Part shown: positions 7,368 to 16,515 of the stretch, piece after piece | How positions within the stretch are numbered: position 1 is the stretch's first letter | How the letters are laid out: each line of letters opens with the position of its first letter | From: an uncultured virus (IMG/VR IMGVR_UViG_3300024496_000014) | Taxonomy: Duplodnaviria > Heunggongvirae > Uroviricota > Caudoviricetes | DNA: 20,000 nucleotides | IMG/VR virus record: IMGVR_UViG_3300024496_000014 | Reading direction: 5' to 3' (one strand) | Program-made: the position numbers and the translations under genes | Notes under the pieces: generated by a model | The model's input: only the letters and a program-made list of their open reading frames with translations | The model's database searches: none | What the model was told of the DNA's origin: nothing

Positions 7368-8501
7368 ATGCCATTATCGCTTAATCCATTAGCCCAATTA
7401 GTTAACAATGTTTCTCAAAGTATTAGCGGAGCCGCTAACCAAGCAGGAGCCGGCTTAAACAACATGACCGCTTCTTTATCTAAAACAAATTTAGATTCTG
7501 TAACTTCTCGTCTTTCCGGCGGATTAGGCAGCGGATTAAATGGAGTTACAGCGGGTGTTGGTAATGCAATTGACCAAGGAATGGCAGGCGTTAAAGGATT
7601 AACAGGCTCAATTGGAGGCGCCGGCCTTCCAGCATTAGGCGGCATAACAGGACAAGCACAAAACTTAGTATCTAAAGTTGGTACGGGTGTTGGTGCTATT
7701 AGTAACGTTACTTCTGACATTGCTACCTCTCTTAATAAATTAGGCGGTGGAAATATTGCTGGCGGACTACTTGGTGTTGCAGGTGCTATTTCCAAAGCCG
7801 CTGGACAATTAAACAATATTCTAAGTCTTGCTAGAGGAATAAACTTACCGTCAAATGCAGAGTTATTTCAAACACGAGGCGCGGTAGTATCAATGACACC
7901 AGTGCCAGGAAATGATTGGCGTGTTAGAATCAACTGCAATTGGGAATTGTTTAACTCTCCTTTGTTTGACGCAACTCTTAAGGAAACCGGCGGACTCGCT
8001 TGGCCATACTTGCCAAACATCACGGTATCTTCAAAGGCAAACTACAGCCAATTAGATCCTGTGCATAATATATATCCATTCCAGGCCTATAAGAGTAGTG
8101 CTATTGAAGACATTCAAATTAGTGGAGAGTTTTCAGTTGAAACTGAAAAAGATGCTTACTACTGGATAGCTGCCACCACTTGGTTAAGAACCGTTACTAA
8201 AATGTTTTATGGTACAGGACCAAACGTTGGTAATCCGCCTATTATTTGTCAACTAACCGGCTATGGAAGTAATGTATTCAACACCGTTCCTGTAGTAATC
8301 AAAGCAACAAGTTTTGATTTTAAAGAAGATGTTCAATACATTAAATGTCAAACAGATACAATGTCGCAACCAACATGGGTACCGACACTAAGTACTATCT
8401 CGGTGACGGTATCGCCAATTTATAACAGAGCAAGACTACGTCAATTTAGTTTAGAAGATTTTGCTTCTGGCAATACAGCAAACACAACAGGATTCCTATA
8501 A
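7368..8501 (+). CDS. Baseplate/tail-tube initiator-like protein (gp48/gp54-type) with a Gly/Ala-rich N-terminus
   Basis: C-terminal tube-like pattern (PYLPNITVSSKANY...IQISGEF...GNPPIICQLTGYG...VPVVIK); lies directly before the gp53-like gene. Confidence 0.55.
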   Translation: MPLSLNPLAQLVNNVSQSISGAANQAGAGLNNMTASLSKTNLDSVTSRLSGGLGSGLNGVTAGVGNAIDQGMAGVKGLTGSIGGAGLPALGGITGQAQNLVSKVGTGVGAISNVTSDIATSLNKLGGGNIAGGLLGVAGAISKAAGQLNNILSLARGINLPSNAELFQTRGAVVSMTPVPGNDWRVRINCNWELFNSPLFDATLKETGGLAWPYLPNITVSSKANYSQLDPVHNIYPFQAYKSSAIEDIQISGEFSVETEKDAYYWIAATTWLRTVTKMFYGTGPNVGNPPIICQLTGYGSNVFNTVPVVIKATSFDFKEDVQYIKCQTDTMSQPTWVPTLSTISVTVSPIYNRARLRQFSLEDFASGNTANTTGFL

Positions 8502-8502
8502 C

Positions 8503-8802
8503 ATGGCAAAGTATAGACAAAGTTCACCTTATTTTCTTACTAAACAAAACAATTTGTATCTTGAATTGTTGTCTATCAGACCCATTCCTGCAGAGACTGA
8601 TGATTTCAAATACAAAATAGAAAATCAATACAAACACAGACCGGATTTATTGTCCTATGATTTGTATGGAACACCAAAACTATGGTGGGTTTTTGTTCAA
8701 AGAAATATGGATGTTATTAAAGATCCAATATATGATTTTGAACCCGGAACAGAAATTTATCTTCCAAAAAAAAGCAATCTAGAAAGATTTTTAGGAATAT
8801 AA
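8503..8802 (+). CDS. gp53: Baseplate wedge protein, T4 gp53-like (LysM-like)
   Basis: RPDLLSYDLYGTPKLWWVF motif. Start corrected to the ATG at 8503 (MAKYRQ), 1 nt after the upstream TAA. Confidence 0.8.
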   Translation: MAKYRQSSPYFLTKQNNLYLELLSIRPIPAETDDFKYKIENQYKHRPDLLSYDLYGTPKLWWVFVQRNMDVIKDPIYDFEPGTEIYLPKKSNLERFLGI

Positions 8803-8803
8803 T

Positions 8804-11113
8804 ATGGCTTTAGGATTACGAGACATTGGTCAAGTATTTGGTGCAGCATTAACTAAACCAGACGGTACAGGAATCGATCCAACTGCAACAGCATCAAACC
8901 TTGGACTTGGTTTTGCAAAAACTTCATCAGACATAAAGTTAAGTTTATTGCAGGGAAAAACACCTGCAGGAACTGATGCCAGAGCAACTATTAGTGCAGG
9001 TAGCAAAGAAAATATTAAACCTAAACAACGAGGGTTTGCTAATCAGTTAGAACAATTTGCATCATATAATGTTTTATGGACGTTGGCATGTTTAAAACCC
9101 GAGGAAGCAAATAATCCTTACCTATACAGAAATTCTGCATTCGTTGAAAAACAAGTTGTATTTTCGTCTGGCGGAAGATATGATCAGGAAAGAGCAGCAA
9201 CAGCCTACGGAGCCCCTGAATACTTTATTCAAAACTTTTCTATGGATACCTTAATGACAGGTACTCCTGCTACAGGCTCTTCAAATGCTATTAACTTTAC
9301 CTTTGAAATTATAGAACCTTACAGCATGGGATTGTTTTTACAGAGTCTTCAGGTTGCGGCTCTGGCAGCAGGATATCCAAGTTATCTTGAAGAAGCAGTA
9401 TATTGTTTAAAAATGGAATTTGTAGGATTTGATCAAGATATGAAATCCTATGCTTCTATAAAACCAAAATTCTTTTTAATGTTGTTAAAGAAAACAACTT
9501 TTAATGTTACAGAATCTGGAAGCACTTATAAATTTGAAGCCATTGTTTATAATCAAGAAGGATTTTCTGAAACCTACACAGCATTAAAAACTGATATAGC
9601 AATCACAGGAAGTACCGTAAAAGAATTATTAGCAGGCAGAGAAAGAAGTTTAACAACGGTTCTTAATGAGCACGAACAAAAATCTGTTCCTGAATTAAAA
9701 ACGTACCCAGACAAGTACGAAATACATTTTCCAGAAAATTCATTTGATCCAATCCCTGGAGTTGGACCAGACGATGCAGACAACAGAGCAGTAATAAACA
9801 CATCAAATGAACGAGTAATTTCAAAAAGTGCATCTTATGCTAATCCAGAGGACGATCCGGCATTTTTTATTTCAAACGCTATAGGCAATGCAAGTTTTAA
9901 TTTCCAGGCAGACTCAGGAGGAAACTATGTTGCCCCAAAAGCAGAAGATGCATATGACGAAAGCACAGGAAAAGTTAATAGAGATAAAGTTTCAATAAAT
10001 GCAAAAGAAAGAACATTTAACTATGCTCAAAAACAATCAATATTAGAAGTTATTACACAAGCCATTGAAGAATCCGATTATGCAGCTAAGGCATTAAAAG
10101 AATCTAATATTGATCCAACTGGTATGATTAATTGGTTTAGAATTGATGTTCAAACACAGCTTTTGAATTGGGATCCTAAATTTAAAAAATATTCAAAACG
10201 TATTATTTTTAGAGTAATGCCATACAAAATTCATAATTCGGTTTTTACAAATCCTAATGCAGTCCCTTTAGGATATGACCAGTTAGAAGAACAAATAGTT
10301 AAACAATACAATTACATCTATACAGGTACAAATAATGATTTATTAAGATTTGATATACAAATTAATAATTCTTTTTATACCGCAGTTGCATCAAATAGAA
10401 TTGAAGATGCAGGCCGCCTTGCAAATAAAGATTTACAAACATCAGGCGATCCGCAACAAAACAAAGCAGAAGTTGAAAAAGGATCGGGAGGAGTAACAGC
10501 AGCTAAGAGTCCTACAGGAAGTAGGCCGGTTGCACAGGATGTAAATGCTATTAAACTACCGTTTGGCGGTTCTGGAAATTTAACTGATGAACAAGTAGTT
10601 GCTAATAATTTTCACAAAGCATTCCTTGAAAGTTCTCAAGCTGAAATGGTAAAAATTTCAGCAGAAATTATTGGAGATCCTTACTGGATGGTAGATAGCG
10701 GCATGGGCGGATATTTTGCAGGCCCAGGAGCCACAGATCAAATTACCGAAGACGGGACAGCAAACTATGAAGCAGGTGATACATTCATCTATATGAGATT
10801 TAGAACACCGATTGAACCAATGGAAGAAAAAGGAACTTATTTGTTTGTTGGAGAATCAGATAGTCCCTTTAGCGGCATTTATAAAGTTATTAAATGTCAA
10901 AATAATTTTTCTGAAGGATTGTTTAAACAAACACTAGAGTGTATTAGAATGCCTCTACAACCTAACGATCTTGATGACAAAGTTGATCCAGATAAACAAA
11001 GTACTCTTATGTACAATACAGATAAAGTTAAACCAGAATCGTCATCTCCTGTTGACACTGATGATGCCGGTGATGAGGGTGAACCGTCAGATCCACCTAC
11101 ATATTTTGCTTGA
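8804..11113 (+). CDS. Baseplate hub protein, gp27/VgrG-N-like (769 aa)
   Basis: C-terminal IIGDPYW...FSGIYKVIKCQNNFSEGLFKQTLECIR, typical of hub proteins; lies between gp53 and gp5. Confidence 0.6.
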   Translation: MALGLRDIGQVFGAALTKPDGTGIDPTATASNLGLGFAKTSSDIKLSLLQGKTPAGTDARATISAGSKENIKPKQRGFANQLEQFASYNVLWTLACLKPEEANNPYLYRNSAFVEKQVVFSSGGRYDQERAATAYGAPEYFIQNFSMDTLMTGTPATGSSNAINFTFEIIEPYSMGLFLQSLQVAALAAGYPSYLEEAVYCLKMEFVGFDQDMKSYASIKPKFFLMLLKKTTFNVTESGSTYKFEAIVYNQEGFSETYTALKTDIAITGSTVKELLAGRERSLTTVLNEHEQKSVPELKTYPDKYEIHFPENSFDPIPGVGPDDADNRAVINTSNERVISKSASYANPEDDPAFFISNAIGNASFNFQADSGGNYVAPKAEDAYDESTGKVNRDKVSINAKERTFNYAQKQSILEVITQAIEESDYAAKALKESNIDPTGMINWFRIDVQTQLLNWDPKFKKYSKRIIFRVMPYKIHNSVFTNPNAVPLGYDQLEEQIVKQYNYIYTGTNNDLLRFDIQINNSFYTAVASNRIEDAGRLANKDLQTSGDPQQNKAEVEKGSGGVTAAKSPTGSRPVAQDVNAIKLPFGGSGNLTDEQVVANNFHKAFLESSQAEMVKISAEIIGDPYWMVDSGMGGYFAGPGATDQITEDGTANYEAGDTFIYMRFRTPIEPMEEKGTYLFVGESDSPFSGIYKVIKCQNNFSEGLFKQTLECIRMPLQPNDLDDKVDPDKQSTLMYNTDKVKPESSSPVDTDDAGDEGEPSDPPTYFA

Positions 11114-11121
11114 GGTAATAA

Positions 11122-12624
11122 ATGGCAGAGTCAGTTAGAAAACCGCAGAATCAAAAATCTAGTCAAGGCATAGGCAACGGCCCTTATCTTGCTAAGGTGG
11201 TAAGCCATCTTGATCCTTCTTTTATGTCGGGATTAGAAGTTACACTACTTAGAGATTCTGCAAACGAAATTGGTGACGAAAGCCAAACATATCCTGTAAA
11301 ATACTTAACACCATTTTATGGAAGTACTGCCTACGAATTTATGGGCAAAAACACCGGCAATGCAGATGCCTATCACGATACACAAAAATCCTACGGCATG
11401 TGGTTTACCCCACCGGATATTGGCGTAACCGTAATGGTTATATTTGTAGATGGCAATCCTTCTGAAGGATATTTTATTGGTTGTGTTCCTAGCCGTTTTG
11501 CCAATAACATGATTCCAGCAATCGGCGGTACTGATGTGGTAGATATTTCGTCTACAGATAAATCTAAGTATTCAACTAGTATGCCGTTACCAGTTGCAGA
11601 AGTCAATAGAAAAGCCAACGATCTAACTAAAAGTACTGCGGTAGACAAGATTAAAAAACCAGTGCATCCTATGGCAGATAGATTTTTAGAACAAGGGTTA
11701 ATTGAAGATGATGCACGAGGAGTAACTACATCTACCGTAAGACGAAATGTACCAAATATGGTTTTTGGTATTTTAACTCCAGGTCCATTAGATCAAAGAG
11801 ACGGTGCTAAAAAATCAAATATTGGTAGAAAAGATTCTGCAACAATATCTCCGGTTCCGGTAGGCCGACTAGGAGGAACACAATTAGTATTTGACGACGG
11901 CGATGACAGATATTACCGAAAAACTTCTGCAGGTGAAGGAGGAGTTGAATATCTCGAAGGAAATAAGGGAGATAAAAATATTCCTTATAACGAATACTTT
12001 AGGGTACGTACAAGAACAGGCCATCAGTTGTTGATGCACAATTCCGAAGATTTGATTTATATTGGTAATGCTAGAGGAACAGCCTGGGTTGAATTAACCA
12101 GCAATGGAAAAATAGATATCTATGCTCAAGATAGCATTAGTATTCACTCTGAACAAGATTTAAACATTCGTGCTGATAGAGATATTAATTTAGAAGCAGG
12201 AAGAAACTTTAATGTTAGAAGTGTATTAGGAGCAGTTCATATTGATGCAACTACTAATTTAGAATTAGTTGTTGGAGCTAACGGATATCTAACAACAGCA
12301 GGAAGTATTCATTTAAATGCAACCGGCGATGCAAACATTACAGCAGCAGGAAACAGCAATATAAAAAGTGCTCACCACTTTGAAACTGCAAGTGCTATTG
12401 ACATGAACGGTCCAGCTGCAACACCTGCTACAAAAGCATTGCCGTTAACTTTAAATGACAATTTAGTAACAGACGGAACACTTGATTGGGCTAAAACAAA
12501 ATATATTAAACCTGATCCTGTTAAAAGTATTATGAAACGTATACCAATGCACGAACCGTGGCCTTTGCATGAAAATCAAGCGCCACAATTTGTTACTCCG
12601 GATAACACGGATAGGGATGCTTAA
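11122..12624 (+). CDS. gp5: Baseplate central spike, gp5/VgrG-like
   Basis: OB-fold motif GMWFTPPDIGVTVMVIFVDGNP..GYFIG; RTRTGHQLLM; beta-helix-like repeats (IDIYAQDSISIHSEQDLNIRADRDINLEAGRNFNV). Confidence 0.8.
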   Translation: MAESVRKPQNQKSSQGIGNGPYLAKVVSHLDPSFMSGLEVTLLRDSANEIGDESQTYPVKYLTPFYGSTAYEFMGKNTGNADAYHDTQKSYGMWFTPPDIGVTVMVIFVDGNPSEGYFIGCVPSRFANNMIPAIGGTDVVDISSTDKSKYSTSMPLPVAEVNRKANDLTKSTAVDKIKKPVHPMADRFLEQGLIEDDARGVTTSTVRRNVPNMVFGILTPGPLDQRDGAKKSNIGRKDSATISPVPVGRLGGTQLVFDDGDDRYYRKTSAGEGGVEYLEGNKGDKNIPYNEYFRVRTRTGHQLLMHNSEDLIYIGNARGTAWVELTSNGKIDIYAQDSISIHSEQDLNIRADRDINLEAGRNFNVRSVLGAVHIDATTNLELVVGANGYLTTAGSIHLNATGDANITAAGNSNIKSAHHFETASAIDMNGPAATPATKALPLTLNDNLVTDGTLDWAKTKYIKPDPVKSIMKRIPMHEPWPLHENQAPQFVTPDNTDRDA

Positions 12625-12626
12625 TT

Positions 12627-13064
12627 ATGGCAAAATTATATAATCAAAAAACGGTTGCAAGTAATATAGCATCTGTTGGAAATCAAAATATTACAGAATT
12701 TACCTATAAAGGTTTTTGTTCAGCAGAAACAAAAAAAGGATATAAACTCTATGACATCGATCTTGTTAAACAAGATCTAATTAATCATTTTTACATTCGT
12801 AAGGGCGAAAAGTTAGAAAACCCAGAATTTGGTACGGTCATTTGGGATTTATTATTTGAACAATTTACAGAAGAAGTAAAAAAATTAATTGCTAAAGACG
12901 TTGAAGAAATTATTAACTACGACCCTAGAATTGCTGTTAATTCAGTAATTGTCGATAGCACAGATCAAGGAATTCGAATAGAAGCAGAGTTAGTATATCT
13001 GCCTTTTAATGTTAGCGAGCGTATGACTTTTGACTTTGACAAGTTAAATTACTCAGTTAACTGA
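12627..13064 (+). CDS. gp25: Baseplate wedge protein gp25-like
   Basis: DLINHFYIRKGEKLENPEFGTVIWDLLFE...IINYDPRI motif. Confidence 0.9.
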   Translation: MAKLYNQKTVASNIASVGNQNITEFTYKGFCSAETKKGYKLYDIDLVKQDLINHFYIRKGEKLENPEFGTVIWDLLFEQFTEEVKKLIAKDVEEIINYDPRIAVNSVIVDSTDQGIRIEAELVYLPFNVSERMTFDFDKLNYSVN

Positions 13065-13080
13065 CCAGTTTATTTTCCGC

Positions 13081-13088
13081 GATAAATA
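13081..13088 (+). promoter_or_regulatory. T4-like late promoter (GATAAATA)
   Basis: ATAAATA core in the 41-nt gap before gp6. Confidence 0.65.
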
Positions 13089-13105
13089 TTGAATAGGACT
13101 ATAAA

Positions 13106-16100
13106 ATGACAGCTACATCAAGACAAAATAACTTAATTCTCAACGAAGACTGGACTAGAATTTATCAGACATTTAAAAATGCTGACTTCAAATCCTACGA
13201 CTTTGAAAATCTTCGCAGGGTCATTATTGAATATATTCGCGAAAATTATCCTGAAGATTTTAATGATTATATTGAATCAAGCGAATACTTAGCTTTAATT
13301 GACGCCATTGCATTTTTAGGACAGAGTTTAAGTTTCCGTATTGACTTAGCTAGTCGTGAAAATTTTATTGAACTAGCAGAGCGTAAAGAAAGTGTTTTAA
13401 AACTTGCTAGGATGTTGAGTTATACTCCTAAAAGAAATATTCCGTCAAAGGGATTGTTAAAATTTGACACCATATCAACAACTGAAGATATTGTTGATAG
13501 TAACGGAAAAAATTTATCTAAACAAATTATCATCTGGAACGATCCTACTAATTCAAATTGGAGCGAGCAATTCCTATTGGTCCTTAATGCAGCTATGGCA
13601 GACAATACAGAGTTTGGCCGAAGCCAAGGATCTGGTACTATTGACGGTATTAGAACAGAACAATATAGATTAAGAACATCTAACAGAGATATTCCATTAT
13701 ACACATTTAGTAAAAATGTTGCAGGAAGAAGAATGTCTTTCGAGCTTGTTAGCACAACCTTTAAAGGCAAAGAAGAAATTTATGAAGAAGCACCTACGCC
13801 TGCTAATCAACTAGGATTTATATATAAAAATGACAATAAAGGACCAGCAAGTTTAAACAATGGTTTCTTCTTAATGTTTAAACAAGGTAGTTTAGAATTA
13901 GCAGATTTCTCAATCGCAGTTCCTACGACAAATGAAAAAGTTTCTATTGACGCCGAAGGAATTAATAACAACGATATTTGGTTATATTCTTTAAACTCTG
14001 TTGGAGCACAAACAACAGAATGGTTGCAAGTTCCAAATTTAATTGGAAACAATATTGCTTATAATAGTTTGGTCAATCAGGTCAAGAACATTTATTCTGT
14101 TGTAACTAAAGACAAAGACAAAGTTGATTTATTATTCTCAGACGGAGTATACGGAAACTTACCTCAAGGTAATTTTAGAATTTATTATCGTGTTTCAAAT
14201 GGTTTGAGTTACTCTATAACTCCTAGCGACATGCGAGGAATCAGCATATCTATACCTTATGTTAATAAATTAGGATCAGCTCATACATTAACAATTAGTA
14301 TGAGTTTAAAATATACCGTATCGTCCTCAACTCCAAGTGAAAGTATTGATAGTATTCGTGCAAATGCACCAGCATCTTATTATACACAAAACAGAATGAT
14401 CACAGGCGAAGATTATAATCTTGCGCCTTTAACCAGCAGTCAAGATATTCTTAAAGTTAAAGCAATTAATAGAACATCGAGCGGTATTAGCAGAAATTTT
14501 GATATTATTGATGCCAGCGGAAAATATTCAAGTATTGATGTATTCGCTGACGACGGTTTAATTTATAAAAACGAAGTTGAGACAACATTAGGGTTTAAAT
14601 TTACAAATAAGATTGAAATTTATAACTTTATTAGAAATACTATTGAGCCATTAATTGACAGCACTGATGTTTTTAATTTTTATATAACAAAATATACAAA
14701 AATTTTGTTTACGGATCCAACATCGGTTTGGAATTCAGTAACCACATCAACTAATAGTTCAACAGGATATTTTATTAGTGGAGTTGACTCGTCATTATTA
14801 AAAACAGGTGTTTATACAAATAATACTTTGAAATATCTTTTACCTGATTCAATAGTTAAATTTGTTCCGCCCGCCGGCAAAGCATTTAAAAACGGAAAAC
14901 TTGTTACTCAAGATTTAACAGATCCTTTACAAAAATCATATATTTGGTCTAAGGTTGTTAGAGTTGTTGGTGACGGTACAAATGCGGGCCGTGGAGTATT
15001 AAGTACAGGCCTAGGCCCAATTACATTTAGTGATAATATTCCTTCGGGTTCGGTAGCTTTTCAAATAGTACCAAAGTGGGTTTCAAATTTACCTAATGCA
15101 TTTGAAACTGAAATGGCAAACCTTGCATTTTCAAATTTAAACTTTGGTTTGCGATACGATATTGAATCTGCCGCCTGGAAAATTATTACAGCCGCAAATC
15201 TAGATTTAATCAATAGTTTTAGTCTTGGTAAAGCAGGCGACACATCAAACTCTGGAATTGATTCTTCATGGATCATAGCGTTTGTTAAAGAACCAGACAA
15301 GTATGTTGTCCACGTTAGAAGCATGGAATATATTTTTGCTAGTATTAGAAAAAATCGTTTCTATTTTGATTCAAATCAAAAAATCTACGATAGCAAAACA
15401 AACAAGGTTGTTAAAGATCAAATCAAGGTATTAGGAATTAATACCGACAACGGTCTTTTAGATTATCTAAAACAAGATCTTGTTTTTGAAATTAGTGATA
15501 GTATTCGTTTTGAAGATGGATATCAAAGCACCGATGCAATTAAAATTGCGTTTGCTGATTCTGACGACGACGGAGTTATTGATGACCCAGACGAGTTTAT
15601 TAGAATTGTTGGAGAAGATTCAGCAAATAAATTTTTGTTTTTCCAAGAAACGGTCGACGACACCGGAGCAAAAATATTTCAATATTTCGATAATACAAAC
15701 AATGACATTGTATTAGCGGCTAAAGAAATTGACGTCAAGGTTACAGATTATACCGATGGCCAACTTGTATATTTTTATGACATTGCTGAAGATGTTGTAA
15801 AAATGGTTGATAGAACAACAAATACATTTGTTCTTCAAAGTAATTTTAGAGCAAACATTGGTAGGGCTGGAATTAAATTCCAATATCTGCACCATGCAAA
15901 TGTTGACCGCCGTATCGATCCAAGCGTAAGTAATATTATTGATGTGTATCTATTAACACGTTCTTATGACACAGATTTTAGAAATTACTTGCAAGGTGTG
16001 TTAACAAAAATGCCCGAACCGCCAACAACAGAAAGTTTAAGAATTGCATTTGGCGGAAACTTGAGTGCAATTAAATCTATAAGCGATGATATTGTATATC

Positions 16101-16513
16101 ATCCAGTTTCATATAAAGTGTTATTCGGAAAAACCGCAGATGAAAAATTACAAGCAATATTTAAAATTGTTAAAAACTCATCAAAGACAATCAACGATAA
16201 CGATTTAAAGGTTAGAATTATTGCAGCGATCAATGAATTTTTTGATTCGGCAAATTGGGACTTTGGAGATAAATTTTATCTTTCAGAATTAATAACCTAT
16301 GTGATTAATTCAACAGCGCCTGACATTACTAACATGGTTATTGTACCAAGACAACAATCTCAGGTGTTTGGTAGTCTGTTTGAAATTCAAAGTAGAGCAG
16401 ATGAAATTTTTGTAAGCGGTGCTACCGTAGATGATATAGAAATAGTAACATCTATTAATGCAGCAGAAATTGGTGCAATTTCTGGAACAATTATTACTTC
16501 AACGAGTACTTAA
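13106..16513 (+). CDS. gp6: Baseplate wedge protein gp6-like (1135 aa, enlarged)
   Basis: DFENLR...EDFNDYIESSEYLALIDAIAF...RENFIELAERKESVLKLARMLSYTPKR and ESIDSIRANAP...QNRMITGEDY motifs. Confidence 0.85.
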   Translation: MTATSRQNNLILNEDWTRIYQTFKNADFKSYDFENLRRVIIEYIRENYPEDFNDYIESSEYLALIDAIAFLGQSLSFRIDLASRENFIELAERKESVLKLARMLSYTPKRNIPSKGLLKFDTISTTEDIVDSNGKNLSKQIIIWNDPTNSNWSEQFLLVLNAAMADNTEFGRSQGSGTIDGIRTEQYRLRTSNRDIPLYTFSKNVAGRRMSFELVSTTFKGKEEIYEEAPTPANQLGFIYKNDNKGPASLNNGFFLMFKQGSLELADFSIAVPTTNEKVSIDAEGINNNDIWLYSLNSVGAQTTEWLQVPNLIGNNIAYNSLVNQVKNIYSVVTKDKDKVDLLFSDGVYGNLPQGNFRIYYRVSNGLSYSITPSDMRGISISIPYVNKLGSAHTLTISMSLKYTVSSSTPSESIDSIRANAPASYYTQNRMITGEDYNLAPLTSSQDILKVKAINRTSSGISRNFDIIDASGKYSSIDVFADDGLIYKNEVETTLGFKFTNKIEIYNFIRNTIEPLIDSTDVFNFYITKYTKILFTDPTSVWNSVTTSTNSSTGYFISGVDSSLLKTGVYTNNTLKYLLPDSIVKFVPPAGKAFKNGKLVTQDLTDPLQKSYIWSKVVRVVGDGTNAGRGVLSTGLGPITFSDNIPSGSVAFQIVPKWVSNLPNAFETEMANLAFSNLNFGLRYDIESAAWKIITAANLDLINSFSLGKAGDTSNSGIDSSWIIAFVKEPDKYVVHVRSMEYIFASIRKNRFYFDSNQKIYDSKTNKVVKDQIKVLGINTDNGLLDYLKQDLVFEISDSIRFEDGYQSTDAIKIAFADSDDDGVIDDPDEFIRIVGEDSANKFLFFQETVDDTGAKIFQYFDNTNNDIVLAAKEIDVKVTDYTDGQLVYFYDIAEDVVKMVDRTTNTFVLQSNFRANIGRAGIKFQYLHHANVDRRIDPSVSNIIDVYLLTRSYDTDFRNYLQGVLTKMPEPPTTESLRIAFGGNLSAIKSISDDIVYHPVSYKVLFGKTADEKLQAIFKIVKNSSKTINDNDLKVRIIAAINEFFDSANWDFGDKFYLSELITYVINSTAPDITNMVIVPRQQSQVFGSLFEIQSRADEIFVSGATVDDIEIVTSINAAEIGAISGTIITSTST

Positions 16514-16515
16514 GA

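Noticed and set aside
8461..8502. TTG start extending gp53 to 113 aa
   Set aside because: It overlaps the upstream gene; the ATG at 8503 right after the upstream stop is more plausible.
386..16513. Stop-codon recoding, since none of the 13 complete genes ends in TAG
   Set aside because: Genes are full-length under the standard code with no in-frame TAG; low TAG use is normal in AT-rich genomes.
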